DNA of 62,944 nucleotides, filler included, from Reticulomyxa filosa (lineage: Eukaryota; Protista; Foraminifera): the NCBI GenBank assembly GCA_000512085.1. It is 21 parts of 21 records of this genome, joined end to end, with 100 filler letters (N's around TTAATTAATTAA, not from the genome) between each part and the next. Parts side by side here need not be neighbours in the genome. Positions count along the whole stretch, not along the records: positions 8,106 to 14,977 come from ASPP01008289.1; positions 15,078 to 16,270 come from ASPP01018028.1; positions 16,371 to 19,086 come from ASPP01001632.1; positions 19,187 to 20,498 come from ASPP01014913.1; positions 20,599 to 22,453 come from ASPP01004586.1; positions 22,554 to 23,712 come from ASPP01026616.1; 15 more parts are not named here. One strand, 5' to 3'. Each line of letters begins with the position of its first letter. The stretch's first letter is position 1. The position numbers and the translations under genes were made by a program. The notes under the pieces were generated by a model. That model was not told the DNA's origin and did not search any database. It saw only the letters and a list, made by a program, of their open reading frames with translations. Positions 10,796 to 22,798 of the stretch are shown here, piece by piece.

Positions 10796-13408
10796 ATGGC
10801 TTGTATATTGAAGGAGAAGACGATATTGTGTCCAGCATTGACATCATCAGAGAAAATTGGCTTCAACGAGTTGTGTGATGCGTTGATAATAAGCATATTG
10901 ACTTGGTTGCATCCTCGTGAGCGCTTACAGCTGAGCCGTGTGAGCAACCTGTTATCGAAGTGTGTGTACAACTTTGGGACGTTTGAAGAAGTATGGTTAT
11001 GCAACAACCCATGGCTCCAGCCCAAAAGCGTGGACATTCCAAATCTTCGATTCGGCTTCAATACAGCCAATCAGCACGTTGGCTATCAAAACTCGGTCGG
11101 GATAAATCTGTTGCCATTCGTTCAGCAACTGCACCTCCGTCCAAGCCATTGGGATCACGACAAACAGTTTGGTTTGTGCAAAGATAAAAACATGAGTGAA
11201 GACAAATGGATGGATGGGGTAAAAAACAAACAAACAAATACGAATAGTAGCAATAGCAAATCCTCGTATTTGGAACGGTCACAAGCACGACAAACAAGCA
11301 ACAAGACCAGTTTGAAGCGTTATGACAACATACGAATGTTACGTTATTTGCGATGTTTCAGCGCGACGAGTGGCGTGAGTCGCATATTACCACGACTGTT
11401 GGACAGTGACAATCAAGCATGGGTCGGCAACATTCGTTTTCTCAATATTCGTCCGTGTCAAACCAACTCAATGTTTGTCGGATCTCACGACACTCACAAT
11501 TCCTCATATTTTGGCAGAAATGGGAGTCCCTATTTCGAACACGACCACGAAACAGAAAATCAAAGATATCTAATGAAATGGGTACACAAGACACAGCAAA
11601 TCCTAAATCTGTTCACCGCCATCACGTATCTATGTTTAAATCGCTTCGATCACTTTTGGTTCACCCAAATTTCGCTGCGTCATTTCCACCATTTGAAGGC
11701 GCTACACGTATGTGTGAGAAGGAGTATACGTATCGTTATCTTCACATAACTTTCTGTGTGACTTTTTTTTAAACAACAACAACAACAACATGAACAAATA
11801 TTGTGATCAGTTGTATGACGTGCATCCATCCGTGAATTGGGCGGACATTTTGAACCAAGTACAAAGTCTGAAAGAGCAATTGATCTGTCTAAGTATTGAA
11901 AACTGCGACATTCGTGACTATCGGTGTTTGAATCGCCTGTTTTATGAACTGCATAAAATCAAACATCTGTCATTGATTCGCAATGAATTCTGTGTGAAGA
12001 GTGAAGCTTCGACCGTGACAACAACGACAACAAGTGCGAGCAACAAAAACAAAAACGACGAATACGACCTGATGTGCTTGAAATATCCCCATCGGATTTT
12101 ATTACCAAAGAGTATCATTTCATTATTATGGTACAGCAACAATATGCGCGGATATGAAGTTATGAATGTCATTGTCGATGAAAGCGACGGCAGTTCGAGT
12201 GAAATGGAAAGTAGTTTTGTCCATCGAAACACCGGCAATTACGATAGTGACACCAGCGATACGACGACTACGAGTTCGACCATCACAAATGGCAATGACC
12301 ACACTGGTCCTCATTATTCGTCCGATGATGACACGGCTCTCAGTGACAGTGAGACCGATATCAATTTTCATTCCCCGCATCCTTCTCTCACTTCCAATGA
12401 ACATAGTCTTTCCAGTTCCATCACTGGTCCCAATCCTACTCTCAGTCCCAATCCTCATTCTAGTCCCACTGCTACTCCTATTTCCATTGCCAGCTCTATT
12501 TCCATTGTCTCTTCCATTGTCGCTTCCACTCCCAGTCCCACTCCCAATCCTAACTCGACCAACAACAATAACAGCAACACAAATGCCTCCAATTCTAGCT
12601 CGAATAATCTAAGGAAAATGTCTTTACCTGGAATTGCTGAAGAATTGACTTATGATGATACCAATTTGAAACTCGGTATGGCAATATACAAAGTCTTTTT
12701 TTTTTCTTTTAGATTTCATTTCAATTTCAATTTTTTTTAAAAAAAAAAGAAGGAAATATGAATCGCAGTAAACAAGAGAGCACAAAAGAAAAAAACGAAA
12801 TGGAATGTTCCGCCGAAAGAACGCATTCATGCCAACGTCAACGCCAACGGCAGCGTCAACACAATCAACAGCAAAACAAACCAAAGAATACAAAAAAACA
12901 ATATTTACGAAAAATATTGCCTTGTGTATCGGAATGCAAAAGTCTGGTCCGGGTTATGCTGTCCTTTAATGAAAAATATGATATTTTTCGAATTTTGGAA
13001 AAAGAGTGTCTGACTTTGAAACAGTTGTTCATTTTGGATGAAAGAATTACCTTTCTGCCCGCTTTTTCTAATTCTTCATTTCTTTCATCGTCGTCATCGC
13101 CATTACCATCATCTACTTCTTCGTCATTCAATCCACAAAATAACCCGAGATATGTGTTAAATCATAAATTCAAATGGGGGATTCAACGCAGTGATGTCAC
13201 TGTTTTCATTAAACATAAATATATCCCTTTTGTCAAACCAATGTTCCCTTTTTGCAAAATTGCACCATTGGAGTGGAATGATGTGTTTACAGCTTCTCAT
13301 CCTGTCTACGCCACTTTTTTTCAAGTGCAAGAGTTACTTTTTTTCAATGCATTGCGAAAGTGCACTGATGTTTTCAGATTTGATGGAACTGTTTTTCAAT
13401 CCGTTTAA
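10796..13408 (+). CDS. F-box / LRR-like protein, 3 exons
   Basis: F-box FNELCDALIISILTWLHPRERLQLSRVS; LRR-like segments (HLKALHLYD, LICLSIENC, IKHLSLIRN). Introns 11708-11810 and 12676-12752 join the three ORFs in frame. Confidence 0.7.
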
Positions 13409-14240
13409 ATATTTTTATTTTGTTCATTTCAGCATTGTTTTTTTTAGTGTTTCGTTTAATTCACTAAATTCACGTTTTCTCAATAGTTTGAATTTTTTTT
13501 TTGCTATGAGCTCATATGTGCAAGACGAAGACATTGGAGGAATATGTTTTTAATGAACCAGTGAAATGACGAATGTCTTGTGTCGTTTGCTCTTTCACTG
13601 TCCTTTGCACTTGTCTTTTTTTTGGATTGTTTGTTTGTTTTTTCTCGCCATAGTATTTACTTTGTATTGTACAGCAGTTATTGATTCTCAGCAAGGGCGA
13701 TTAACAAAACATAGATATTACAAACAATGCAAAAAAGTTCTTTCGTTTAGCACGATATACAGCGTTATTTTAGAACAGAAAAATAGACTTTGAGTTTAAA
13801 ATGGATGTTTTATTTGCTACAAACATTAAAGTTTGTTTAAAAACAATAACTAAGCCAAATTTGTTTTAGGCAGTGCTGGAAATTTTCTATTTGCTTGTAC
13901 AGCCTTTTTAGGTAGTGATGATGAAGCAGTTACAGATTGAAGAAAATCACTGAAAAAAATGAAAAAAATAAATTCTTGAAAATAATAGAAATATATGAAA
14001 CAATTTTTTAAAAACTTTTGTCACCAAATTAAACTAAATCTAGAAGAGTTTGCGTGGATCAAGGAATATTATGATTTATTGGCGTCAACGTTTTGAGTAC
14101 TTGTTAAATTATGTCCAGTTGATGATATGCCAAATTACAACGTTTGTAAAAGATTTTAACAACGATGATTGAGACTAGTTATTACTTTATTATCTATTTG
14201 GACAATGAAACTTTGATTATTGAATAAAACTATTATATTA

Positions 14241-14750
14241 CAGTAGATTGCAAAAAAAAACTGACATACATAAATGACAATATATGAATAGAATCGATTT
14301 TCTCCAGATTTTTTGATTGGCATTTCAAAATTTTGAATTTAAAATAGTGAAACATTTGATTGCTTTTAAAAAAAGAGTTTTTGTTTGTATGCTGGTTGGT
14401 GGAGCTAGCATTCGATTTGTAGCAAAGAAATTTAATATAAGTATAGCTTCGATTTTGGATGTCGTCATATAAGTGTAATGGAACCATAAAATGAAAAGCT
14501 GGATCTGGCAGGTCAGAGAAGATTCATGATGTCACAAAGCTGAAGAAATAATGGATTGGTTTAAAGAAAATAATAGAACTGATAAATTTTCCAGACTTAA
14601 ATCCAATTTAGAGCATTTGGTAGATAATTTAAAAAAAAATTATATAAAGGCGAAAAAATTAACAACAAATAACTTTGGGAAAATTTGAAAAATATTTGAA
14701 AAGACTGCCACTAAACTATGTCAAATTCTAGTTGGTCAATGCCACAGTGA
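14241..14750 (+). mobile_element. Internally deleted, degenerate Tc1/mariner element
   Basis: Starts TA|CAGTAGATTGCAAAAAAAAACTGAC. HTH remnant (GGASIRFVAKKFNIS...KAGSGR) is followed by DDE C-terminal remnants (HKAEEIMDWFKE..PDLNPI..LWENL..LPLNY). Clearly similar to the copy at 42536. Confidence 0.75.
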
Positions 14751-15172
14751 AAATCAACAAAATACTAAAAACATTACAAAAAAAAATTTTTTTACAAAAT
14801 TTTGTTAAAAATACGAAAGATACAAACAATGCTAATCTTTTTTTAAAAAGCATCTACGTGACTTGAAGATTCCTAAAATGAAAACAAAAAGATTTAAAAA
14901 TTTACTATTTTCAATACATGCTCAATTTATATGAACTCTTTCGAAATTTTTAAAAATCATTTCAAAAAATCATATTTNNNNNNNNNNNNNNNNNNNNNNN
15001 NNNNNNNNNNNNNNNNNNNNNTTAATTAATTAANNNNNNNNNNNNNNNNNNNNNNNNNNNNNNNNNNNNNNNNNNNNATTTTACCAAATCAAATGAAAGA
15101 ATAAAATTTTGGAAAAAATTGAAAACTACACGATTCGTAAATATTTTTTTTTTAAATTTTGATTAAATGTTG

Positions 15173-15245
15173 TTTTTTCATGGAGAAACACAATCATATC
15201 TATAAGGTGGCATTTTAGGTGTCAACTTTACTTTGCAATATACTG
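15173..15245 (-). mobile_element. Tc1/mariner terminal sequence, inverted copy
   Basis: ...CATGGAGAAA...AAGGTGGCATTTTAGGTGTCAACTTTACTTTGCAATATACTG|TA is the approximate reverse complement of the element ends at 14241 and 42536. Confidence 0.7.
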
Positions 15246-15719
15246 TATTTTACTTTGTTGGAGATTGAGGTAGCACAAGAGTAATACGAAAGTAATTACT
15301 AAAAGATGTTTTTGAAGATGAAAACAAAAGTAGTTAAATAATAAAGAGATAAACAACTCCCGCTTCGTTCATGAAGCTCTGTAATTAGCAGGGCATTGCA
15401 CTACAACTTGCATATCTAAATAAATATTTTTTGACTATTATTCAAACAATTGTGATTCTCCTTTTTGTTTCATTTAATTTGTTTGATTCTATTTACTGTT
15501 GTTTGTTTTATCACGCCGTGTCATTTTTATAGTACTGAAAAATTTTATTTATTGTTGATTTTCGGAATTTTTAGCAAAAAGTTGGATTTGACAACGGTAA
15601 ATGAATATTTGTCGTAATATGTTTACGGTTCTGTTGACCAAAAATGGGTTGTAATTTTTGAAGTGAGTTTTTTTTTTTGGTCTCTTTTTAAGTATTTGCT
15701 TTCACTCTTTAAGAACAAC

Positions 15720-16250
15720 ATGGAAGCTCTCCAAAAAAAACATAAAGAACAATTCCAAGACTTGGTGAAAAAATTGGACACTTCGCCAGCCTGGAACAAA
15801 CTGTTAACAACGCATAAAATGGATAATCTTCGTTTTGACGCACTATCAGAATGTCACTATGGTCAGGCAGTGACCTTATTGTGTTTTCAGTTTAGTATGT
15901 ATGGAAATGCAGTCAATCACATGTGTTTTAACGCGTCGGTGGTAGAAAATCTGCCCCGCTTCGCACATGACGTGGAAGCAGCAATTAAAGTGGGTACATC
16001 GTGGGTAGCACTTGAGAAGAAAACGAACCGTGTTGTTGGCGTTTTGCTTAACCAGGACATATTGACGATGAACGAAATGAAGGAGCCGGATGCTCAGACA
16101 AATGAGTTTCAAAAAATACGAAAACTAATCAACAGCAAGGCTTTTCAAACTTTTCCGCAACTTTCCAAAATGATCTTTGATGAAAATTTGAATCCATTAA
16201 AGTTTAGAATATAAAAACTGCACAGTATTTTTTTGTTAATGCCCTCGCGG
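15720..16250 (+). CDS. Putative GNAT acetyltransferase (arylalkylamine N-acetyltransferase-like), 3' incomplete
   Basis: GTSWVALEKKTNRVVGVLLN resembles the beta2-beta3 region of insect-type AANATs; the acetyl-CoA motif A is not in the contig. The frame breaks at 16212. Confidence 0.4.
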
Positions 16251-16370
16251 TAACACTTTTTTTTTTTTTTNNNNNNNNNNNNNNNNNNNNNNNNNNNNNN
16301 NNNNNNNNNNNNNNTTAATTAATTAANNNNNNNNNNNNNNNNNNNNNNNNNNNNNNNNNNNNNNNNNNNN

Positions 16371-16412
16371 AAGGTGGCATTTTAGATGTTCAGTTTTTTT
16401 TGCAACCTACTG
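16371..16412 (-). mobile_element. Tc1/mariner terminal sequence, inverted copy at contig start
   Basis: AAGGTGGCATTTTAGATGTTCAGTTTTTTTTGCAACCTACTG|TA; same family as 15173-15245. Confidence 0.7.
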
Positions 16413-16905
16413 TATTATCAAAAAACATTGACTTAGATATCGAATTTATTCCATTAAGTAAAAAACCTACATTCAATCCATTATTATATGAATATGATGT
16501 TTATAAACTCAAAATTATTCAAAATACATTGACTCTCAAGATAACAGTAGACAGACATATTTTTTTACTCTGCACAACAATGATTGCAAATTAGTCAATA
16601 GAATTTTAAATTCAACCTAGTATCTACTGATACCGATATTGAATAGACAGTTTGTGAAAATATTCGATTGAATATTGCACCAGAAATTTGACATGAATTA
16701 AATGAGCATTATTGACAAGACAACGAATCTCAAGTGCGAATCAAAAATCAAAATCGTCAAAGTTATAAGGACGCATACCAAGTGAAATCAAAATTTCATA
16801 CAAAGAAAAAATGAATTACAAGTTGCAATGGCAAATTGCAGTTAAATAAAAAAAAATTTAAAAATTATTTTCAATGAACAATTAAAATTTAAAAAAACAT
16901 AAAAA

Positions 16906-17125
16906 ATGAAAGAAATCGTCAAGAAAACCTTCAAATGTGATAATTGTGGCCATAATCTATCTTCAAAACAAAACTTAACAAGACGCAGACAAATACAATC
17001 TGGTTAATTGCTGTGTTTTGCTTTTTGGTGATATGACTGACAAAAGATCAAATAATACACAATATGATCTAAACCATACGTTTGTGCTTATTGCAATAAA
17101 TGTTACATACAAAAGAAAGATATTT
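16906..17125 (+). pseudogene. Decayed C2H2 zinc-finger gene
   Basis: FKCDNCGHNLSSKQNLTRRRQIQSG* (both His ligands lost), then in another frame KPYVCAYCNKCYIQKKD. Confidence 0.6.
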
Positions 17126-19186
17126 TTGTGGCAAAAAAAAGGGTAATTGTACCAAATCACTGCTTTGTCGTGCTAGACCGAAACATAGTCGCCAAGTCGA
17201 GTTCTTGATTGTGGTGTATAGCAGTTGCTGTTGCTATCATTCTCGAAATATACATTTATCCAATTGTCATATTCATTACACACACGAGAAATCCCCAAAA
17301 AGACCATCAAAGAAAAACGGTAAGGTCCGATAGCTACAGGTCAAATACAATGTCTTGCTGCTCATTTTCTCTGATGAGTATATCGGATCAAAGTCTTTGC
17401 TCTCATAGTACTGCAGACATCGAGCGCCACAGGCAAGCAGTTGAAGCATATAGTTCCTGATAACTGTTTACCGCGATCTATATAACCCCTTTTTTTTTGT
17501 ACGTATACATTGGAGTTAAAAAAAAAGAAAAATAGAAGAGGTTTTTAACAACACACAGTAAATAGCCTCATTATCGTACTTGCCACAGCGTAGTTGGTAT
17601 ACTATAATTCAAAAGCAATTACCGTAATTAAGTCAATTGAAAAATTTCAATAAACAAAAAAAGAACAAATGCAGAGGGTTTTCTAGTAAAAAAAGTCACA
17701 AGCTGAACTGACGACAAAAAAAATGTACAAAACATTTCCTGGCACAGAGAGGCCCCGTCTATGTAAAACTACAAGATTTTGACAAATTTTGACATTGATA
17801 TGTGGACTTACATATTCGTGATCGTTTGGACAGTTACAGAAAACGATATCAGTTCAAGTAGCGACGACACATGCTATTCCTTGGCATGCATGAGGCTGTC
17901 AAGTTCATTGTTGACCTCGATTGATCAGTTGGGTTGCATAACAATGATACGATAAAGAGGAGTTGATAAATGTGAAGATTTTTTCTAATATGCGTGTGGA
18001 TGTTGGATTTCAGACTTTGAATGGCAATTGATAGAACAACATGCCGTCCTAAATAATTATGAAAAGCATACAATACAAATTACTGATATATGTAATATAT
18101 ACAAATATACATATATTTTTTGAAATTTGAGTCACAAAAAGCTGACAATCTGATCAAGAAAAAAAGTAAAATTTGTGTTGGGTCTTTATTCTTAAAATGA
18201 TGGCGGGGACAAAGATTTTTTTAGATTCGATCCTGTCAGAAATGATATAAGAACTCAGCATTGAAATTCCAAAGTGCGTTGGTGTGGCTGGGAGGACACG
18301 CTGTTCACGTTGGCAGCGGTGATGACACAATACTATAGCTTTTGGTTATCGTATTCGACGCAAGAGTCCAATAAAGTAATTCCATTGTATCAAAGAATTT
18401 TCGGACTGAATGAGTCACAAAGTGATTTGCTGGCCAACCAAGTACTGCCTTTTCCAAGGCCATTTACGACACACTACGGCCGATTCCTCATGTTTGGATC
18501 TGACCATTCTGCGAGTTATACATCAATTAAATTTCTGAGATGTCGCTTTTCGGAGAGTATACCATTTTGAATTATTACAGTTTTTTTATGTGTGTATTGA
18601 TGGTCTGTTTTTTATGCAAGCTGTTGTGTTTCGGACAGATGTGATGCTGGATCAATTTGATGCAAACAGCGCAAGCGATATTGCCACGGTGTATTATTAC
18701 ACTCCCGACATTTCATTTTCCCGCAATTTGATTCCTTTGGCGGAAATCGCATAAAAAGGTTGACAGTCATTAATGCATTTTATTCGCCTCAATCAATACA
18801 ATAAGTTTGAAGTGGAGCCAGGCATATATGTCAACGGCACGCACGCAAACAGAAAATGTTGCAGACAACAGTGGTGCCATGTAAAACTGCCAGGAGTTGA
18901 CTTGACTGATGAACAATTATTTTTTTTATGGGATGGGCCAGATCTTGGTTTGTTTTTGTGTTAACAAATAATGAGATTTTAATCCCAATGGTTTGTGGGA
19001 CAAATGAAATAAGTCACGCTAAATTAATAAAATTAACAGCCCAAACTTTCTACAGCTTATTATTTTACTTTTTAATCAATGTTCAANNNNNNNNNNNNNN
19101 NNNNNNNNNNNNNNNNNNNNNNNNNNNNNNTTAATTAATTAANNNNNNNNNNNNNNNNNNNNNNNNNNNNNNNNNNNNNNNNNNNN

Positions 19187-19950
19187 CCTGATGGACATGT
19201 ACATGCCGGAGTGCGACGGCAAGGAGCTGGCGCGCATCATCCGCCAGCAAGGCCTGATGGACGGCATCCCGATCATTTTCCTGTCAATGGAAAAACGGCA
19301 GGACATCCAGCTGGACACGCTGGCGCTGGGGGTGGACGGTTACCTCACCAAGCCGGTGTCCAGCGACGAGCTGGTGGTTACCGTCACCACCCGCGCCCGC
19401 CGCTACCGCAAGCTGCGTTCCTACATCAGCACCGACAGCCTGACCGGCCTGCTGAACCACACCCACCTGTTTGCGCGGCTGGAGTACGAGTTTGCCCGCG
19501 CTCAGCGCGAACGGCTGCCGCTGGCGATGGTGATGCTGGACCTGGACCACTTCAAGCGCATCAATGACAACTACGGCCATCAGGCAGGTGACGAGGTGCT
19601 GGTGAACCTGGCGCGCTTCCTGCGCGAGCGCCTGCGCCGCAGCGACCTGATCGGCCGCTACGGCGGCGAGGAGTTTGCGCTGGTGTTGCCGGGCATGACG
19701 GTGGACCAGGCTTACCGGCTGATGGAAGAGATTCGCGCCGATTTCGAGCTGCTGGACCAGCAATCGCCGCGTGGCCGCTTCCGCCAGACGTTCAGCGCTG
19801 GCGTGTGCGGCATCGAAGGCATGCCGGACGTGGTGGCAGTGGTGCAGCGTGCTGACGCCATGCTGTACCGTGCCAAAGAGCTGGGTCGCAACCTGGTGGT
19901 GGCGTGGAGTAGCGAGCAGCCGAGCGGCTGCCCGTCGCGTTGCCGCGTTA
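19187..19950 (+). CDS. Response regulator-diguanylate cyclase (REC + GGDEF, PleD-like), 5' truncated, bacterial
   Basis: MDMYMP...YLTKP REC end; TDSLTGLLN, DLDHFKRINDNYGHQAGD, RRSD I-site, RYGGEEF, ADAMLYRAKELGRN. The true 3' end is uncertain (see findings). Confidence 0.9.
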
Positions 19951-19964
19951 GGCGGGTATCGCAC

Positions 19965-19997
19965 AGCAACAAGGGCGCCTGCGGCGCCCTTGTTGCT
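19965..19997. terminator. Perfect 15-bp stem hairpin between convergent genes (probable bidirectional terminator)
   Basis: AGCAACAAGGGCGCC-TGC-GGCGCCCTTGTTGCT, just downstream of the GlpR-like stop at 20015. Confidence 0.7.
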
Positions 19998-20014
19998 TGC
20001 TACGGCGGCCAACC

Positions 20015-20498
20015 TTATACCGGGTCGGCCAGGTACATGCGTACGTTGTGGTCGTCCAGCAGCTTCTTCAGGCTTTCCGGCGGCATGGCGTCGGTAAAGA
20101 TGGCGTTGAACTCGCTGATGTGGCCCATGCGCACCAGCGCATTGCGGCCGAACTTGCTGTGGTCGGCGGCCAGGAAGCGATGGCGGGCGTTGTTCATCAT
20201 CGCCTGCGCCACGCGCACTTCGCGGTAGTCGAAGTCCAGCAGCGAACCGTCAGTCTCTATGCCCGACACACCGATGATGGCGTAGTCCACCTTGAACTGG
20301 TTGATGAAGTCCAGCGTGGCCACGCCGGTAATGCCGCCGTCGGAGGCGCGTACCACGCCCGAGGTGATCATCACCGTGAAGTCGGGGTTGGCCGACATGA
20401 TCGACGCCACGTGGATGTTGTTGGTGATCACGCGCAAGCCCTTGTGGCTGGCGGTCAGCGCCTGCGCCACCGCTTCGATGGTGGTGCCGATGCTCATG
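20015..20498 (-). CDS. glpR: DeoR/GlpR-family transcriptional regulator, sensor domain, 5' truncated, bacterial
   Basis: IGTTIEAVA...VITNN...DGGITG...FKVDYAIIGVSGIETDGSLLDFDYREVRVAQAMM...LAADHSKFGRNA is typical of GlpR. Confidence 0.8.
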
Positions 20499-21802
20499 NN
20501 NNNNNNNNNNNNNNNNNNNNNNNNNNNNNNNNNNNNNNNNNNTTAATTAATTAANNNNNNNNNNNNNNNNNNNNNNNNNNNNNNNNNNNNNNNNNNNNTA
20601 ACTTCTTTTTGTTTCTAGTGATAAGAACTTTTTGCCAAAAATCTATTCAAAAAATTTATGCTCACTATCTCAAAACAACCTGCATTTTTATTTTTTTATG
20701 ACCAGTTGAATTTTTATTTTACGTTGAATAAATATGTTTTTGTGGGATTCAATGTGTTTTGAACATTGCCACATGAAACACTATATCAAACTTTGATACG
20801 CAACCGCAATATGAAGCGCGTCAAATTTCATACTGGTTGATTTTACAAACAACTTACACGGTTTGCTTTCATTTTTTAATGAGGTATATATTTACTACGG
20901 TCAATGTTCATTTATTTTTGGAACAAAAAGCAAAATAATAGAAATAAAGATAAGATTACTGAAAGAGAAAAATATGACATCAAATATGCATTTTTTTGTA
21001 GCATACAGAAATATCTTCTAAGTTTAAACAAAAGGGATACTGTAGAAATCGAAAGAGAAATAGAATATATGATACTCAAATAAAATGTGATTGTTATTAA
21101 AAGAAGGAGAGTTATATTATGCAGATTCTAGTCGATCAATACTCATTTATGATTTGCACCGCAACAGTCTCTGAAAGATAAGGAGACAACACTAGCACTG
21201 CTTGAAAGCAACACTATGTCAAATTTTTCCATTTTTGAGTTACTTTGAATTTAAAATAAGTTGGACTACTTTATTTGATTCAGTGAATTACATTTACCAA
21301 ACTAAACAATTTAAAAATGTTACTTTGGATGAATCTCAAATTATGAGAAACTTATTTAATTTTTACTAGCCTTAAAGTAAATGAAATATTTTAATTATTT
21401 TAAGTGTTTATTTTATGTTTTTGAGACTTGTATAGTGCATAAGAGGCAAAACTGAGTCTTAAAGTGAGAATTAGAGTGGAAGTAAAATAAAGTTTTTGAA
21501 TTAAGAAAAGGAAATGTTTGGCAACAAATGTTTGTAGGGTTTGTTTGGAATGATTTTCTTGTGCTCGATTATAAATAACAAATAATTGGCAAACAATATT
21601 TACTAAATTTTTTGCTGGTAATATAAATTACGAATTATCTGTAAACAATATATTGTAAACGAGAAAAAGATTGCTGTTAATTCAAATCGAAGAAAAAATC
21701 TTTATTATTATGAACAGCGTTGTGCTGTGTTGCAAACTGTTTGACCTGAACTTTAAAACTTATATTGAACTTTCTTCATTGAATCAACACTGGCATTATC
21801 AG

Positions 21803-22424
21803 ATGAAGATCCCTGTCGAAGATTTAATTGTATATTTCCCTTACGATTATGTATATCCTGAGCAATATGATTATATGGTAGCTCTGAAGCAAACATTGGA
21901 TACCGGGAACGGGCACTGTTTACTGGAGATGCCCACCGGAACAGGGAAGACTGTAACACTGTTATCTTTGATTGTGTCTTACCAATTGTCGAGACCAGAC
22001 ATTGGTAAGTTGGTGTATTGTACCCGAACAGTGCAAGAAATGGACAAAGTGATGGAAGAAATCAAGCGAGTGTTTTCATACATAAATGCAGTATTTCCAA
22101 AGACAAATGAACAGAAGAAGAGTGACGCATCGACAAACAGTACCATTTCATCCGATAGAAAGATGGATGTTGATATCGAGGACATTGTCTATGATCCAAT
22201 GATGCAAACATTAACTTCAAAAAGCCTATTTCCAGACGAAAAAAGAGCAATCCGAAAAAATCTGTGTGTGTGTCTGTCGGCTCGCCGAAACCTTTGTATT
22301 CATCCAGAAGTATCACAGTACGAAGACCGAGATAAAATTGATGCCCTGTGCAGAAATAAAACAGCTTCTTGGGTTCGAACCAATCCAAAGACATCACCAA
22401 CACATTTATGTGAATATTTTGAAG
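21803..22424 (+). CDS. ERCC2: TFIIH helicase XPD/Rad3, first exon (partial)
   Basis: VYFPYDYVYPEQYDYM, LLEMPTGTGKT (Walker A), KLVYCTRTV, Fe-S cysteines RRNLCIHP/DALC/LCEYFE; splice donor at 22425. Confidence 0.93.
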
Positions 22425-22553
22425 GTAACAAACAAACTCAAAAAAAAAAAAAANNNNNNNNNNNNNNNNNNNNNNNNNNNNNNNNNNNNNNNNNNNNTTA
22501 ATTAATTAANNNNNNNNNNNNNNNNNNNNNNNNNNNNNNNNNNNNNNNNNNNN

Positions 22554-22798
22554 CAGCTTTGTATGTCCAATGAATGTATTGATTAATTGATGATGAACGA
22601 AATGTGTCAAACATGAAGACAGTAGACGCCTATGTTAAATAAACATTTGAATATTTTAATTAGTATTTAAAAAAAAGAAAGAACAAATGAACTAACATAA
22701 TTGACAACAAATTTGTCAAAATCTTTGACCCATCCAAATTTAATTTGTAGAATTCTAATCCAATAATGGATAATGATTTGGATCTCTTCTTCTTTTGA
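22554..22798 (-). pseudogene. 5' fragment of a Reticulomyxa-type WD40 gene with apparent frameshift
   Basis: Module exon 22798-22697 SKEEEIQIIIHYWIRILQIKFGWVKDFDKFVVNY; the next exon MFDTFRSSS lacks 2 nt relative to the paralogue at ~62475. Confidence 0.6.

Noticed and set aside
19211-20554. Long alternative-frame and antisense ORFs in the GC-rich contigs (e.g. 19284..20012, also 34973..35749, 36186..36740)
   Set aside because: They are shadow ORFs expected from high GC and codon bias opposite recognisable genes.
19187-22453. Bacterial genes integrated beside eukaryotic XPD (recent HGT), or a DNA-repair cluster with uvrA
   Set aside because: They are on separate contigs joined by linkers, with no junction sequence present.
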